Origin: Paraphysomonas bandaiensis
Taxonomy: Eukaryota > Protista > Chrysophyceae
NCBI GenBank assembly: GCA_965644295.1
Contig: CBFFRP010000288.1
Location: 581,416-645,415 of the forward strand
Length of the DNA: 64,000 nt
Direction of reading: 5' to 3'
Below are positions 26,391 to 40,429 of the stretch, piece by piece. Numbering within the stretch: position 1 is the first letter of the stretch; each line of letters starts with the position of its first letter. Position numbers and translations under genes: made by a program. The notes beneath the pieces are model-generated. The model made no database searches. It saw only the letters and a program-made list of their open reading frames with translations, and had not been told where the DNA came from.

Positions 26391-26892
26391 AACTATAAAC
26401 CACTTGTGGTCAGAGTACTATCTGAAAGAGGCAATAGCATCGCATCATATCGGGGAGATACGCATTTGGTACGTAGAATGGCACCGAAGAAGTATCCTTT
26501 GCCCGCATTGTCTTGTACCACCTGCCGCAGCGTCATATAAGAATTATGTATGAATAGTCTGGCATGAAACTACAACCACTAGATTACCGTATCCTGAAGG
26601 GAAACCCAACGTTTCTCGAAGGAAAGAAACTCCCAGACCCTAAAACTAGGAGTTTCATGCCACACTACCCCTTTCCCCTTTTTTTGGAAAAATGTGGCAC
26701 ATGTACTAAACAAAAGAACGCTCTAAAAACAAAATCAACACCCAAAAAAATCACCCCTACTATCCTAACTGATCACTCCAACGAAATTGTGACGTATGAG
26801 AACCTTCTCATAGGTGTCCATCCCCTGGACAGAGCGGATTCTAACCGTCAAAACTCATAGATCAGACTCCTGACTGTTGCGACGACTCATCC

Positions 26893-27099
26893 TCACTTGA
26901 AATGGCTTCCTCTGCCGCCGTGTCCGGAGACCTGGACCGCTTTTTCCTTCTCCTGGGTTGTAGAGCTAGAGTGAGTCTTCAAATACTTCAACAACGCATC
27001 TGTTCCTCGTACTGTAGAAACATCGTAATTTGACCAGTATACTTCAAAGAACAAATCCCACCGCGAACCTTTAGGGTCGCCCCTCATAAAAGTAAACAA
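26893..27099 (-). pseudogene. Chromodomain-like fragment, probably the C-terminus of a gypsy (chromovirus) integrase
   Basis: RGDPK...LFFEVYWSNYD...ALLKYL; lies downstream of, and on the same strand as, the gypsy integrase at 28.2-29.6 kb. Confidence 0.5.
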
Positions 27100-28229
27100 T
27101 ATGCAAACGTGGGAAATTTTCAGAAATATTGGAAATTCTAGTAGATTTTACTGAACTTTTAAGAATTGTTGTAGAATGGTTCTAAAAGTGCTGGAATGCA
27201 ATAGTGTAGTGTTAATAATTATATTTTTATTAATATTTAGGTCCTATAGGACACACCAACAGCACGTTTCCTTTTACCAGTAACTACGTTGTATGCCCAT
27301 AACTAATAGCCATCATAAAACGCCAATACACGTCGCGTCACAAAAATTCTATGCTAGAGTATTCACTCCGTTCAACATAATATATAGACTACACAAGTCA
27401 GAGCTGATACCACTCTCAGATGACACTTCTTACTGAGTGGTTCAGAGTTGCAGGCTTAAAACTGCTTTCCAGGAAGGTCACATGTGTCTTCATGACAGCG
27501 TTTGCTCACGAGGCAGTAGCACAGAGCCTCATACAGTGGATTGAGGAGAGTGGAAATGCACCTTGGGGTTGCCAACAATACACCTACTGCTGGTATGTAG
27601 CACTATACACGATCTCATATGCTGCAATTCATTTACAATATATGGAATGATTGATTGCGTAGATTACATGATATACAGAAGAAAGGACTGTCACTACGGA
27701 AGCTTAGTGCTTTAAAGGCATTTCATTTAAGCTTTTAACCTGCCGTAAGTAGCTAGAATATGAGATAGAGAGCTCTGAGGAGTTGCCTACATGCATTGAT
27801 GGGCATTCCAGCAGTCGTTAAGAGGAGGAATCATTCAGAGCTTCGTCGAAAGATGAGACCTCCCCGTCGAAACCGAAGCAAAGACAGAAAGAAGAGCAGG
27901 AAAAACTCCTACACAGAAAGTCTTCTTGTGGACATCTTCGTATGGCTTATGAACGTGACAACTTCAAAGCTGAAGCCCAGCTCTCCTCGAGCTTCAGAAT
28001 CGGAAGGAGAAGAACAAGGAATTCTGTAGCTCATTCACGTACGTATAGCAATCAAACGGTTAGTTGAGCCCATTTTTATACTGAAAGTAATATTAATTTG
28101 CAATATTAGTCGGTAATATATCAATACAAATGCAGAGAACTATTTATTAGCACTCTAGTAACTAGAGCTTTAACGAGGAGAATGTTTGCATAATATTGTT
28201 TACTTTATGTTTGTAATTTTCTCCATTAC

Positions 28230-31200
28230 AAACTTGTACCCTCAACATCATCCCGTAACGCCACTTGTACGGGGTCATCCACCCTCGGATCATACCAAAA
28301 AGGCCACAGCTTAGATATATGATACCGTGTCTATCCTCTAGACACTAAATTGGTCCTTCCACACCAACCACTTCCATAGGCCCCTTCAAATAGGGTAACA
28401 ATTTGCTCGACGGACCCGTCCGTAACGAGTTATATGCCTGTGCTCCACTAACACAAATGCTCCCACTGGATACGATGAGACACCCTCTGGCATGTTATAC
28501 TCGAAATGGTGTTGACCCCTTATTTCCAGGTTCTGACGAGCATACACTCGCACCTTCTCCTGAGCTGCGAGTCTGTCTGCCACCCACTCGGCAGATCCTT
28601 CTCCTCCCTTGGAGACAAATTCTTCCTATCCAAAATAAAACCTGCATCTAGGTTTATGGCATATCCATACACTAACTGCGCCGGGGCCACTCCTGTCGAC
28701 CCATGGATTGCCGTATTCAAAATACGCTGCACCATTGGCAGTACATCAGACCAATTATTTTAAAAAACCCGATCTATGTAAAACTAAAGGCAGGATTTTT
28801 GGGAGTTGTGTAAAATAATTTACACGATAAAAAATTATTCTCTATTGTAGTGTGTGTGAGTTTTGGGTTTAGAAAAACCACTTTGTCGAAAATAATATTC
28901 CTCAGATGACGGAGAATTTCCTTATTCTCCCTCTCTCAACCTTAACATTCTCCTCCTTTGAGTACTCTACTGTAAAGGAGTGCTCCACTCCTAACAAAGA
29001 TTTTACCTCCCGAATAATATCGGACATAACGGCCCTCCCCTTATCCGAGGTGAGCTTACAAATCGAACACATCGAAAATCGGCCAAAACAATGCAACAAC
29101 GCTCGTGCCGTATCTTTCGCGGAAATGCCCTTAGTGGGAAACAACTCCGCCCACCGTGAAAAGGCATCTATCTATCATCACCAGAATACTAGTATACCCA
29201 TACTCATCGGGAATCAAACCCTCAATATAATCCATATAAATGCACTCTCCCATGGAATATTTAGATAGAGTATAAAGGCCGAACCCACACTGCCGGCTTA
29301 ATGGTTGACATCTTTTGACAACACACACAACACTTATAATAAAACGTACAACATGCTGACGCATGTTCTTCCAATTATTGTTGCTCCTTCGCAACTTTCC
29401 CGTTGTTCGTTCCACCCCATGGTGGCCTACTACACTCTATTGTGACAAGCCTTATAATAGCCTTCCAGAGGTGATTTGGGATGCGCTGATCCTCAGTATG
29501 CGATTCTTCCTCCAGGCACTGCTCGAGAGAAGAACACAGATTGTCATCGACTTCTTCGTCGGATGCGTCCACCCCACAAACTCGACTAAGAGCATCAGCC
29601 ACCACATTCATCTCCCCTGGAAGGTGTTCGAACACGATATCAAACGACTAAAAACACATAAAGCGGGTGCAGCGCTGGTTGTGGCGTAAATTATCGTGAT
29701 CGGTACGAACAGTAAAACGTCGATCCCTCAACAAGTATTCCCACTTATTTAATGCATAAAAGATGGCAAAACCTTCCTGCTCGCAGGTGTGCCACTTTTA
29801 GCTAACGTTGAGTCAAACGCCTTACTAAAATCATCCCAATTGTGCGCTCGTGACCCTCCACGACTTGCACCAGCAGGTGTGCCCCTATACCAATTATTGA
29901 CGCGTCAGTATATATATATAATATATTCGATGGGGGAAACATCATCCATCATAAAAAATAACAAGGGACACTCATGAATGCGCACCCTTAGCACATCAAA
30001 GGCAACACTGGACTCCTCTGTCCAGTACAACAGCTTACGTCTAGCCTGTGACTTAGTATAATTCCCCAACGTTGCATGCAATGGTTTCGCAATCAGCGTA
30101 TATTCGCGTACAGTACGCAATCTCTTACAAAATTTGCTACACCCATGAACTGCTTCAACTGTTTCTGGGTATTAGGACGCGGGATAGCCAATATACTATC
30201 AATCCGCCCTCTAGTAAAGGTATGACCAAACTCATTGATCTTATGACCTACAGCTTCTACCTCCGATACCCCAAAGACGCACTTCTTAGGGTTAGCTGTA
30301 AGGCCAAACTTCTTAAATCTCTCTAAAACTGCTGATAAATTCTCAATCAGCTCCTCTTCCGAGCTAGCAAATATAACACAATCATCGAGATAATATATCT
30401 CACAAATCTTATACAGTACAAAGAATTTAGGACGTTTCTCACCAATCCGATAAATCATATCTCTAATGTTCGGAATTGGCCAGCTTTCAGAAGTAGTAAC
30501 CTTGTTGAGATTCTTATAATCCAACACTAATTGCCACTTATTATTTGGCTTAGGCACTACAAAAGGATGACTACAATGTGTGGCCGAGCTAGGTTGTATC
30601 TCTAACTTTTCTACTAAGCGCTGAAGTTCCCTCTGTCGACTCCTATCCAACCTCCTAGGAGGTAATTTATTTGCCGGTATAAACCACGTCTCTTCCGGCG
30701 GGTGTTCCGAACTTCGAGCTCAAAAGGTTCTAATTTATAGCGGGCTTTCCCTTCCAAATCTCTAATCGAAAGATGTCCTTATACTTCAACAGGACCCCAC
30801 GAATCTTTTCTTGTAGGTCCGGTGACCCATAAACCTTTTCCGGAATCGTAGGAGACTCACCCTCAGAGTCCAGATAATCAGAGTCAATGGATTCCAACTG
30901 ATCGTTGCAAATTTCTTTCATATCCTCTCGGTCCCATGCCGACCTAGTTGATAAATTTGAAAGATCTTCTCCCAGCGAAAGCAGCTGTACGACCAATCCT
31001 CCCCCTTATCACTGATTCCTACTTCCAGAGGGGCCAACTTCTCTCGGACCTCAAGATCATAATTTTTACGTAGTGGTAGACGAACGCTGGCTCGTTCCCC
31101 CCCACGAGGGTAAGACGCGTGCACGCCAAGGCTCGGAGACACTGCTCCCCCGGACTGATCATCTCTCTCTCTCGCAAGAGGGAATGCATTGTCTCCCACT

Positions 31201-32090
31201 ACGTCGGCTACCCTTCGAGCCTTATCTGAGCTCATAAAAACACTTGGGCACTGCATTACAGTGTGTACCCCTAATATAACCTCAAAATTAAGATCTAACT
31301 CCCATGCATCTATGCGAGCTTGCAACACTGGAGGTTCCTTTACCTCCGTAAAAATCTCTACATTGAGGGACATACCCCTCTCACACAAAGCACTTGCTGA
31401 TTTAAACCCACCAGCGATATTCTTATTTACGGGAATAGGGACAGAACCACTAGCTACCAACCACTCAGCTACATTCTTACTGATAAAGTTAGCCGACGCG
31501 CCCGTATCCAATAGTGCTTTACATGTCCTTTTCTTTCCCTGTTCATTGCATACAACAACCGTTATGAATGGCAATGAAGAAAATGACTTAAGGGCCATAA
31601 TAGCCATAACATCAGAATACACATCATGGAACTCACCCTTGGAGCCCTTTCCGTATGAACTGCTTTGCCTTAAGACCCATCCCTCTCTAGGCAAAATATG
31701 TTGGCCCCTCCTGGCCAAAATATCCTTAGCCACTGCACAATCTCTTCACTTCACGTGGGGGTCCAATTTCGCCCCCGCCGCTTGCTTAAGTGGGCACTCC
31801 GCACTCTTGTGCCACTCCTTGGGACGACCACACACATTGCATCGGTCTGAATCTGGCACCTTCGACACATCCGTCTGAGAGCCATCCTTTGCTCTCTTTG
31901 TCGCCTTTCCAGTACTAGACGAAGCGCCCTGCGAACTCCTAGCAGGCGAATGCGTGCGCTTCCTCTCCCGTTGATCGGCCCCTTTCCGATCCCGCTGGTC
32001 CGCCTCGGATCACCCTCCCATCGATCGTCGAGGCCATTGCCTTGCCACAAATACCCGGATGCCCAGTTCAATAAAGCGGCAATCAATCAT
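28230..32090 (-). mobile_element. Degenerate Ty3/gypsy LTR retrotransposon internal region (gag CCHC, protease, RT, RNase H, integrase)
   Basis: RCNVCGRPKEWHKSAEC zinc knuckle, ALLDTGASANF protease, VVPKPNNKWQLVLDYKNLN and YYLDD RT, HLPGEMNVVADALSR, integrase MDYI/SDKG/VER, TGVAPAQLVYG. PR-RT-RH-INT order with many frameshifts. Confidence 0.9.
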
Positions 32091-32747
32091 GGTATTACTG
32101 GTGATCAAACTGCTGCTATATTTACCTAGTTCTTGTATGGTGTCACTTATGAGAAGCATCGAAATAGATGTCTAGGTGAAGATCAGAGAAGCTCTAGCCT
32201 AAGGGAAGTCATCAGACACTACGCTCAAACAAGGTAGATGATCGTAACTGCGTTGACTGTGGTTAGGCTGCCCAAATGTCTCAGCCACAAGCCCACCAGT
32301 TTGTCCTATTTGCGTTTTGGTGGTTACGTATCCGTTAGTTATGTTTTGAGTTATGAAGTATCAACCTACAGCTTTGAATTGAGAAGGAGTGTTCAGTATT
32401 GCTTATTTGTAAGCAATTAAATGCTGTGTTGCTAAGGTTTTGAATTATAACCATTACTTGAATGATACAGTAGTCAGCTATGAGATAGTTTAGACAGACT
32501 GAAATAGGTCGACTGTATAAGATCGTGTCTATCAAGAACTGATAATATTGATTGGTAGTTGAAAGAATATTATTGTAGCGAATACCAATGAATGATGAAA
32601 GATGTTGATTTTAAATTGCTTATTGATGGCGTTCAGATACTTAAGTTTTACCCATCCTAATGTCAAACACTGATATGTTTTTAAGAATCCAACATTATGC
32701 ACACGTTTGTAACACTGACTTCACACTGGGAATATGGTTTACACTAA

Positions 32748-34067
32748 TCAATAATACTCTTTATTGTAAAATGTTATGACGTTTTCTACGTGACGTGTTT
32801 GCGGAAACATGTCAAAAGGAGTTATATCTACAATATCATACCCAGCATTAACAATAAGTTTAGCGTCTCTGGCTTGTGTGCTTGGTTCACATGCAACGTA
32901 TACTACTTTTCTTGGTGAGAACTCAAACAATTGTGTCAAAAATGTCACATCACAACCACTACGGGATGGGTCTATGACTACTACTGATCGTTCTCTAGGA
33001 ATACCAGAAACGTCTTTAAACAATTCCTCAACTTTGCCCCAGACGAAAGTTGCATTGGTAATGTTGTTCATTTTCGCATTTTCCCTTGCGCGGTGAATTG
33101 AATGCTTGGAAATGTCGATACCAGCAACTGAGTCAAACGTGCTTGCAGCGCTAAGGGCGAATATCCCGCATCCACAGTACGTGTCTATTAGATGGTCACA
33201 CAAATGTCCAGCAGCTTGGTCAACAACATGCTGCACGAGGGCAGGGAGCAGTTGGGCGTTGGTTTGAAAGAACTCGCCCGCGTTGTAGGATAGAAGCAAT
33301 TCTCCGACTCGTTGAGTTATCAGGTCACGGTGATCAGTCGAAACGTCTCCATCGCCATTGTCTCTCAGAATTAGTGAAGCACCCTTCTTAAGACGTTTTT
33401 CGCTTTCAGTGATTCGTGTACGAACTCCTTTCCGATGCTGGATGAGTTTGACATTGATAGCATCTGTTGCGATGGCGCACTGGGCAACGTCAAGAATACC
33501 ACCATGATACCTACTCCTAAATCCAATCTGCACCACACCATCAGCACGTTTCGGAGGGTTGTAGTGTGGAGTAATCTTAGTACGATAATTGTACATATGT
33601 TTGGAGGCCACTACGTCTTTGACAGCAACATCCACCCCAAAAGCCTGCATATGTCTCACGACTAATTCTTTCTTCCAATTCTGCTGGTACTCGTACGATG
33701 CATGCTGGAACTGACAACCATTGCACACGGTATAGTACCCGCACTTCGGTTCAACTCTGTGGGCAGACTTTGTAACCAGATGGATAGCCTCTGCAAGACA
33801 ATGGTCGTCAAACAATTTTACGATTTTCGCAGTAACTCTTTCTCCAGGGAGTACAGTAGGGATATATATCTTCTCTCCATTGTAATTAGCCACTCCAATT
33901 CCCATATGATTAATACTTTCAATACACACCTCAATTTTTTCATTCTTCTTCAATAATCGTGAAGCAATTAATGCCCGTAATTGACTGAACTCTCTCTGCG
34001 CACACGGAAAAAGTGAGTTTACTGTGGGCATGACCTTACGCCGAACTGGACGAACAGAAACCCACAT
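32748..34067 (-). CDS. TrmA/RlmD-family RNA (uracil-5)-methyltransferase with TRAM domain, intronless
   Basis: TRAM N-terminus, CGYYTVCNGC Fe-S motif, YNYRTK, FFQTN, IDTYCGCGIF, DPSRSG, YVAC and DMFPQTRHVE. Confidence 0.92.
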   Translation of the reverse strand: MWVSVRPVRRKVMPTVNSLFPCAQREFSQLRALIASRLLKKNEKIEVCIESINHMGIGVANYNGEKIYIPTVLPGERVTAKIVKLFDDHCLAEAIHLVTKSAHRVEPKCGYYTVCNGCQFQHASYEYQQNWKKELVVRHMQAFGVDVAVKDVVASKHMYNYRTKITPHYNPPKRADGVVQIGFRSRYHGGILDVAQCAIATDAINVKLIQHRKGVRTRITESEKRLKKGASLILRDNGDGDVSTDHRDLITQRVGELLLSYNAGEFFQTNAQLLPALVQHVVDQAAGHLCDHLIDTYCGCGIFALSAASTFDSVAGIDISKHSIHRARENAKMNNITNATFVWGKVEELFKDVSGIPRERSVVVIDPSRSGCDVTFLTQLFEFSPRKVVYVACEPSTQARDAKLIVNAGYDIVDITPFDMFPQTRHVENVITFYNKEYY

Positions 34068-34573
34068 CACTTGGGAAATCTCTGAGTTTCACAAATTTGT
34101 CAAATTCACAATTACGAAGGCTAATGAGCGAGCGTATAATTCCTGTGTCGTCAGTGCAAGTGGAACAGAGGGAAAAGTTGCTTTATAAACGAAATATCCA
34201 TGTTTTTTTCAACACTCGAATATCCAAAACGCCCAGTGGATGAAGTCACCATCAGCAATTCATTGGCTGATATCACCATTGAAAAAATGGAACAGTATGC
34301 ACAGAATCCTGGGAGGAGCTGCTCCATATGTGCTGTATCTGGGGTACAGATACCGATATCCCTCCATTTTTTGCTCAACACAATCCCACTTTTACATATA
34401 CAGCAGAACAGAAGAAAACTAGCAGTAGCATGGAGTACACACAGAGGTATATTGTTGGACGATTTCGGTGAAATTAGATTTCAGAACGCTGTAGTGTGAC
34501 AAGAACCACTCTTTCTTTAGATTAGTCTTGTTATTTCATCATCGGAGTGACTTCATTAACAGTGGAAGAAACA

Positions 34574-37500
34574 ATGTCCGATGGACTCACCGAATACAAT
34601 CAGTTTGGAAACGATTCGTAAGTCGCATCTTGCATTCTGCCTGTTTTTATTTTTACGACATGAACATAGGCAGTACGGTGACTCCAGCTCATCGAATTGG
34701 GCTGGTATTCTGCCAACATCTTATTTGTCGTCATCTTCTCACAATACCTCACCATTGTCCCCACGAATTTCATCTGGTCAGAACAACCCAGACATTTTTG
34801 CTACAGACAATTTTTTGCTTCCGTCGAGTAATGATTCTATTGGGCTAGATCCATCTCTGACGCTTGGATTTCGGGGCCTCTTACATGATCCGGCTCACGC
34901 ATCCCATAGCAAAGAACATTATGATTTAAGCACCAGTACTGCCTTTGATGTGGGATTAAAAAATTTTGTTAGCATTAACATTCCATCGTACACCACTGAA
35001 TGTGACTCTGAAGGAAAGTATACACTTTTTACTATTGTTGTACAGACAGCATTTTCTAGTGCGGAGGTAATTATATGTTAACACTGGCTTGCTTGTGTGT
35101 AACACTTACATCAGATAAGGCGAAGATACAAAAATTTCTTGAATCTCCACCAAGATTTAATGCACCGTATTCCAAAAGTAATGCTTCCTCCTTTCCCTAA
35201 GAAAAAACGGTTAGGTACGTTGGAGCCTTCTTTTGTTGAGGAGCGCCGAGTGGCACTTGAGCGGTACCTTAAAGAGCTCGCTGCATTAAGAGAGGCTTGG
35301 AGTTGTCCCAGATTCGTTGAGTTTCTTGATAACTCCCATCCATATTTTGGCATGCAAATTCAGGTCACTAAATTAACAGATGAGGTAAACTACCTTCGCC
35401 ACTGCAATGGAATGATGGCGAGACAGTTGACCGAAGCAACAGCTGCATTAACCGCATCATCTGATGCGTTGTCTGAACTACAACGCCGTGTATGTGCTTT
35501 GGAACACACCATTGGCTCATATCGCGGAACCCGCCAACTAGAAACATCATCTAAGTTTCAGACAGGCTTTTCAAAAGAGAGTGTTTCTCAGCGAGACATA
35601 TCTTGTTCATCTGGTAACTTTTCGAGTGCTGTCGGGATTGAGTTTCATCGACATAACGTACCCAAAAGTGATTCTTTTTCTGGATTTAGTGGAGCACCTA
35701 TGCAAAATATTCATAATACGACTAGTGCCGGTGAAGATGTTGTTGATACTTCTCCACGGTGGCTCGAAACATCACGAGTTCTAGGTAGTAGCGGAGCAAC
35801 TGGGTATGTGGATGAAGCAATTCATCATTCTCCAGCAAGCGAAGTGAATATAGAAAGGCATCATACCAGGCCAGGGGTGATGTCGTATAAGCCGGAATCT
35901 TTCCCACCAACTGGACACAGTTCTCGTCAATGCATTGAGAACCTCAATACGGGTAATGTAACTACCGTCAGAACTATAGATTCGCTAACTACTACGGAGT
36001 CACACTCAACTCTATCTCGTGCATTTGACACTCTTTTGTCTTACATTCTACCTACAATTGAGCAGCTCCAGTATCGTTATAATATTGAAAAATATATCGC
36101 GAAATTGGTACGAAAGAGCTTAGGGGCACAAGTATACCAAACCAATATACATTCTCTGAGATGCTTCCTTCCTGATGATCCGATATCACTGTCTATATAT
36201 CTCTGTCGTGGTCTTGAAAATAGCTGGTATATTCGACTAAATGAAAAGCTCTGCCGAATGTCATCCAGTGGTATATCAGGAACAGCGGCACATCCGTCTA
36301 TTATTACGGGGTCATTGTCCTCCACTGAAGACACTACAATCAATTGTACTGAGAAAGTTCCTGCAAAGCCGACGACTTCTGCGGACTCAAATTCATTGCA
36401 GCAACAAGAACCTCCTTCACAATCAAGTCATATCATCAGCCACGTCAGTTTCATGAATGAACACGGCGAACATAGCTTGCAATGTATAGTCGGCAATACT
36501 ACTGTGGATATACGAGCCAATATGAAAATTGACTTGTGCTTTGTTGCCTTTCTTGAAGAGATTGACCGCGCTGTCGGTGGTAACCATTTATTCAAGAAGT
36601 CGCTAACTTTGGTCAGGGCCTGGTGGACATTAGAAACATCGGCATATTCAAATATTCAGATAACACCACTTCACCTTCCAGACTCATCACTCTGCATTAT
36701 GATATGTGCCATATTTAGTCGAAATGCCAGTAAAATAACCCATCCTCTGCATGCTTTAAGTATATTTTTATCGGAATATGCATCGTTTGACTGGTCTACG
36801 TATGGCTTAACGGTGTATGGTCCGGTTCTCTTGTCATCGTTGCGAAATGATATTTCTATTACTGAAGCCTGTTCGACTCTTTGCCCCGATAGCCTAATTG
36901 GATCACATATTATCAATAAATATGAAGCTTTATTGAAGGAGTCATCTATTGACGGCGCTGGTCCTGATAGGTCGACGCCAACTGCTGATTCTGATATTAG
37001 TGTTTCTGCAGAGCCCTCTGGATCAATTCCACTTGGCATTTTCTTCGACAAGGTGAATGATGACTTCCATAAAGTTGACAATACACCACATCTATCGTCA
37101 GAATATGTCAAAATTTTCCACCCTCTTGATCCGTCCACTAATACTGTTCCTGATGCCATGGGACTTAAGTTCGCTGAAGTTATGACTGAAATACTGAAAG
37201 CCGGGGAAAGCCAGATGTGTGAGATTTTTCGACTTGAAAAATCTTTACAGAACTCCACAGATGACAGATCAAGTGTGAACGACCTCGAAGCAGCAGTTTT
37301 CTTGATGTTTCAAGAAACGAAGAAACGATATGGCGATGGATGGCGACCTGATGTTGCTGGTGCTGATATTGTTACGCGAAATACTGTGAGCAAGGGGCCC
37401 ATAGGTGGTACACTGGATTCCTCCACGCGTGGTGTTTCAAACAGCTCGCCATTTTTTTCTGATTGCGATGCAAGTCAAGATGATTTCATGTACGTTTTTG

Positions 37501-38659
37501 CCGATTATGTGGCTTCATAACAGTTTTCAGGAATGAGCTGGGTAGTGATTTCCTTTCCTCGCCTTTAGAGACTATGTGGGAACAAATTCGCTATTGTAAT
37601 TTTCTTCTCGGGGCCCAAGTACGTAGTATTCCGGATGTGTATTATGTATTGACGTAAATATGTTTAGATTACGGAGTCGACTTTACGTACTTTATCGAAG
37701 GACATATTGCAAGAGCGCGGGCCTCTTCCAGTTGGTGAAATTGGAAAGATGCTACAGGAAATTACCTGTATATCGACACTGTCTGCTTACTTGAAAGATA
37801 AATTTGGTGGATTAAAAAAATTTCTGGAGAATTTTGTGGACGATTTCGTTATTAGGTATTCTCGTGATATATACCTTTACTTTCAATTGCTTTATCGTTT
37901 GTTCAGCACTGACCACCCATTTAATCCGCATGTGTTCCTGCTGCAAACACTTTCTTCAGATGAGTTGAAGTCTATAACACAGGGCGTAATTCCCCCACAT
38001 TTGACGACGAAAGCTGGAAAGAGGGTAACAATATACAGTGTCGTTATCACATCTTAATCTATGATTGTTCCCAGAGAGCATCCCGGAAGAAAAGGCTGTC
38101 CAACGGCTCAATTCATTCTGATCTGAACCCTTCAACTATTAGCTATGGGTCTGGATCTAGTGTCCGCTCTGGTTCGAGTGGTGGTATTAGTCGCACAACT
38201 ACACCGCCCATTACCAACACGGCGTTATCAGCAACTCCTTACTACCATTCATCCCAAGTTTTCTCTCGCCAGGCGGGTTATTTCTCTAATTCCCAGCAGA
38301 AATTTCACAAAGTATTGAGTTCTGGTGATATGAATAGACTGGCTCTTTCCAACCATACGATTGCTACGAATTCTTCTCGACTGGATTACGGTCAACACGA
38401 ACAAGGAAGTGATAGAATGTATTCTTCTCTGTATCGTGCTGAAAATCGTGCGTCGGCTCACTATTCTCAAGGTGAAGATCATCCACGTCGTAGAGCTACA
38501 CTTCCGAATCATTGTTACTCGTCGCCAAAGAACATCGTGACGGCAGGACAAGATCAATATGCGCTAGATGAGGATTCGTCAAATATGGTACATACTGGAC
38601 TCCCGGATCCGCATGCACCAGTATTCATTCCGAATGGCTATCGCGGTTACTGTGCTTGA
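34574..38659 (+). CDS. PX-domain protein with a degenerate Pol-beta-like nucleotidyltransferase/PAP-associated region and a C-terminal PAM2-like motif, spliced
   Basis: PX: RRYKNFLNLH...LPPFPKK...FVEERRVALERYL. NTase-like LRCFLPDDPISL, VDIRAN and FLEEIDRAVGGNHLFKKSLTLVRAW. LPVGEIGKMLQ...FGGLKKFLE domain; terminal LPDPHAPVFIP. Confidence 0.75.
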
Positions 38660-39439
38660 GTGGTATTTACTTAAACACATGGTGCTTGGCTATTTTGTGG
38701 TGAGGATGTGAGAACGTTTTGTGAACTGGTGGATATTGTATGTATACATATTGCCTTAATACGGGTATTGCTTTTATTTTGCAGTTAGTACTTTGCGTCG
38801 GTATAAGTTATGAATTTTTTTGATTGAAGGATTGGTATCGGCGAATGATGAAGCGGTGTTTCTGTAAATTCTGAATAGTAGTTGTGGTTTCGTTTTCGAA
38901 GAGCATGCTGTGTTGTCACATATATAGGCTTATCCCCATTTTGTCTCAAGAAGTGTTTTTTAAACTGAATTGGGTTAAACAGAATTCTCATATTAGCACC
39001 GGGAAAGTAGAGCCATTCAACTTCAATATTTGGTTCGAACAGAAACTATCTTCTATCTTAATTATGACAGTCATATGAAAGTGACTTAATTCTATTTGAC
39101 GTAGTTACAATACGGGGTGTTTGAGTATCACCAAGTAGTGAATCATTCATAATAGCTAGCGTGGTGCTCCCTTACAAATTTAGTTAAATAACAATTTACG
39201 AATCGTATCTATACAATGTCATCATCACTCTTTTCGCTCTCCACACATCAGGGTTCTTGCAGGGCTTCATGGCGGGTGTTAGCACCCCGCAACATGTAAT
39301 TGGCTCGTAGGAATAGCAACGATTCTAGATTCTACGTTCAGGTGTCATAATCAACTGTTCACAACTAAGGAGCCTCTCAACAACATTAGATTGTGCTTCG
39401 ATATGAAGCAAGATGCGGTACTTGGACTCATAGATACTA

Positions 39440-39922
39440 TACTCGCACCATCTCGTAGTGTTCCCTGGGGCTCTGGGGGATAAGTACAGGAGAGATTTCT
39501 CAGGGAAAACGTGATCCGCATATATAGTCAGCATAATATATTGCCCTGTCTACTCATACTCAAATAAATGCTTGTGTGATACAAGAGGGACACTAAAAAG
39601 TTTCACTTGTGTAGACGTCTTTGGGTCTTGAAGAATAAACAGGAATCCGAAAATGGGACCACCGGCCGGTGCTGCCTGCTGAAGTCAAGCATTCAGGCTG
39701 TTCACCTTAAGTACGTACTCAAAAATCCAGAAGTCAGCAGAAGTCAGGTATATCAACATTCTGCTTTCTCACACTGCGTTTGCTCTGAGTAAGAGGGAAA
39801 GTGGTTGCACCTTGGTGCTTGCGGTGACGCACAAGCAAATTTCGTGGCGTTAAATAATAGGATATCAGAGTTAAGTGTTGACTCTTTAAACGCCAATTAT
39901 TGCTAATATCAGAAATTCACTA
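39440..39922 (+). repeat. Repeat family B copy 4 (uninterrupted; empty-site paralog of the LINE insertion)
   Basis: Contains a single CTTGTGTAGACGTCTT (39606-39621), an ORF-like end HCVCSE* and the structured motif at 39803-39835. Confidence 0.8.
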
Positions 39923-39923
39923 T

Positions 39924-40009
39924 AAGTCGAGGTAATACTAAAACCTGGTGATATGTATAAAACCTGGTGAAATTTTTGATAAAACCAGGTTTTGGTATTA
40001 CCTCGACTT
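39924..40009. repeat. 86-bp MITE-like inverted repeat (26-bp arms, one mismatch)
   Basis: AAGTCGAGGTAATACTAAAACCTGGT ... ACCAGGTTTTGGTATTACCTCGACTT. Confidence 0.75.
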
Positions 40010-40429
40010 TACTGCAGCACATCAAATAACTGGCGAGCTTGATACAAATTGGTTCCATCTCTTTGCAAGGCATGCGCAACACGAAATTTTATGGTGGCGT
40101 CAAATATTGTTTCAGCTCTCGAAAGTTTGCTGGAATAAGAATGTTGTCTTCCAAGATATTAGGGAAATTGCATTCTTTAAGATATGGATGCAGCTTGATG
40201 TACTTTACCAGTATTATATAGTACGTTGCTCTTCAGGAAATTATTTTCTAAATTTCATAGCATTAAATTTGCTACTGATAATGAACAAAGTTGCCACGAA
40301 GTAGCTGTAGAGTTGCATGAACATTAACCAACTCATATTGAGTTTCACCTCGAAAAAGTTCCATTAATCTCGTCATTAATTCGCTGGCTGGCAATTCCAT
40401 CTCAGGGTCATAATATTGACATATAGTAG

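Noticed and set aside
32748-34067. Intronless TrmA gene as a recent bacterial transfer
   Set aside because: Host-like composition and a presequence-like N-terminus; other host genes here also have very long exons. Not supportable without a phylogeny.
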